Assembly (NCBI RefSeq): GCF_963921235.1
Contig: NC_086105.1
Location: 46,066,001-46,130,000 of the forward strand
Length of the DNA stretch: 64,000 nt
Source of the DNA: Mobula hypostoma
Lineage: Eukaryota
Direction of reading: 5' to 3'
Positions within the stretch are counted from its first letter, which is position 1. Every line of letters starts with the position of its first letter. This document shows, one piece after another, positions 63,472-64,000 of this stretch. The position numbers and the translations under genes were made by a program. The notes under the pieces are model-generated. The model made no database searches. It was not told the origin of the DNA and saw only the letters and a list, made by a program, of their open reading frames with translations.

Positions 63472-63762
63472 CTTCTTCTTCTTAAGCCCATCAGCCCTAC
63501 TGGGACATATTCTACTGATAGCAGCTCGCCAGAGTCCTCAGTCCTGGGCTGAAGGTCGATTGGCCATGCTGCTTCCACTTTCACCCCATGGTTTCATACA
63601 TCTTCTAGGTGAAGATATTTCCTCTCCCAGAGATGAGGTCTTTAGAGCTTCTGTTGACGTTTCTACAGCTGTGGGTTTTTACAGGATGGGGTTGCTAGCC
63701 CCAGGTCCAAACCTCCTACTTTGCCAGCCAGGCTTGGGACCATCCACATTAGAGTTGCCAAC
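63472..63762 (-). mobile_element. Bipartite RTE-derived non-autonomous element
   Basis: RTE 5' UTR motifs (ggtcccaagcc...ggggctagcaaccccatcctgtaaaa) fused to an RTE 3' end (AQD*GLWRAAI) and an (AAG)n tail. Confidence 0.7.
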
Positions 63763-64000
63763 ATATGTACCATCTGATTATTAACTGCACTGCTTGTTTA
63801 CCATCCTCAGTGAGGCTGGAAGCAGGAAGTGTTTAGGAACAAGTCTGCACCTGGTCTGTGGATGAAGCTTATTGGTGTTGCATTAATTAATACAAGATTC
63901 TCCATCCTGAATCTCATTTTGTCTTCTCCATGTACACACCCACCGACTCAGAGGTGTAAGCCCCACACTGTGAAACAGAGCTGTAAAACCACGGGTTTTC

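Overview
Eukaryotic, repeat-dense genomic DNA from a vertebrate. The repeat inventory (V-SINE/HE1-type SINEs, CR1, Rex1/Babar, Penelope-like elements with typical elasmobranch pLTRs) points to a cartilaginous fish, probably a ray; this is inference. The only host protein-coding sequence I can support is two minus-strand exons of a contactin gene, most like CNTN1 (5836-5994 and 3119-3268), encoding the first FN3 repeat. I found no further contactin exon in 5995-64000, so most of the window looks like one intron of more than 58 kb. That intron holds a 4977-bp Gmr1-like (SCAN-gag) Gypsy LTR element with both LTRs, TSD, PBS and PPT, whose pol is reduced to in-frame stubs. It also holds Penelope-like elements and fold-back mini-elements carrying decayed minimal hammerhead-ribozyme motifs, a palindromic three-TIR mariner derivative, Tigger and Tc1 remnants, a Tx1 tail, a solo LTR, RTE-derived non-autonomous elements, two old unclassified fold-backs and a five-element nested insertion. 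Most of the short ORFs in the track are non-coding or TE debris. Boundaries of old repeats are approximate, and family names come from motif recognition, not a database search.
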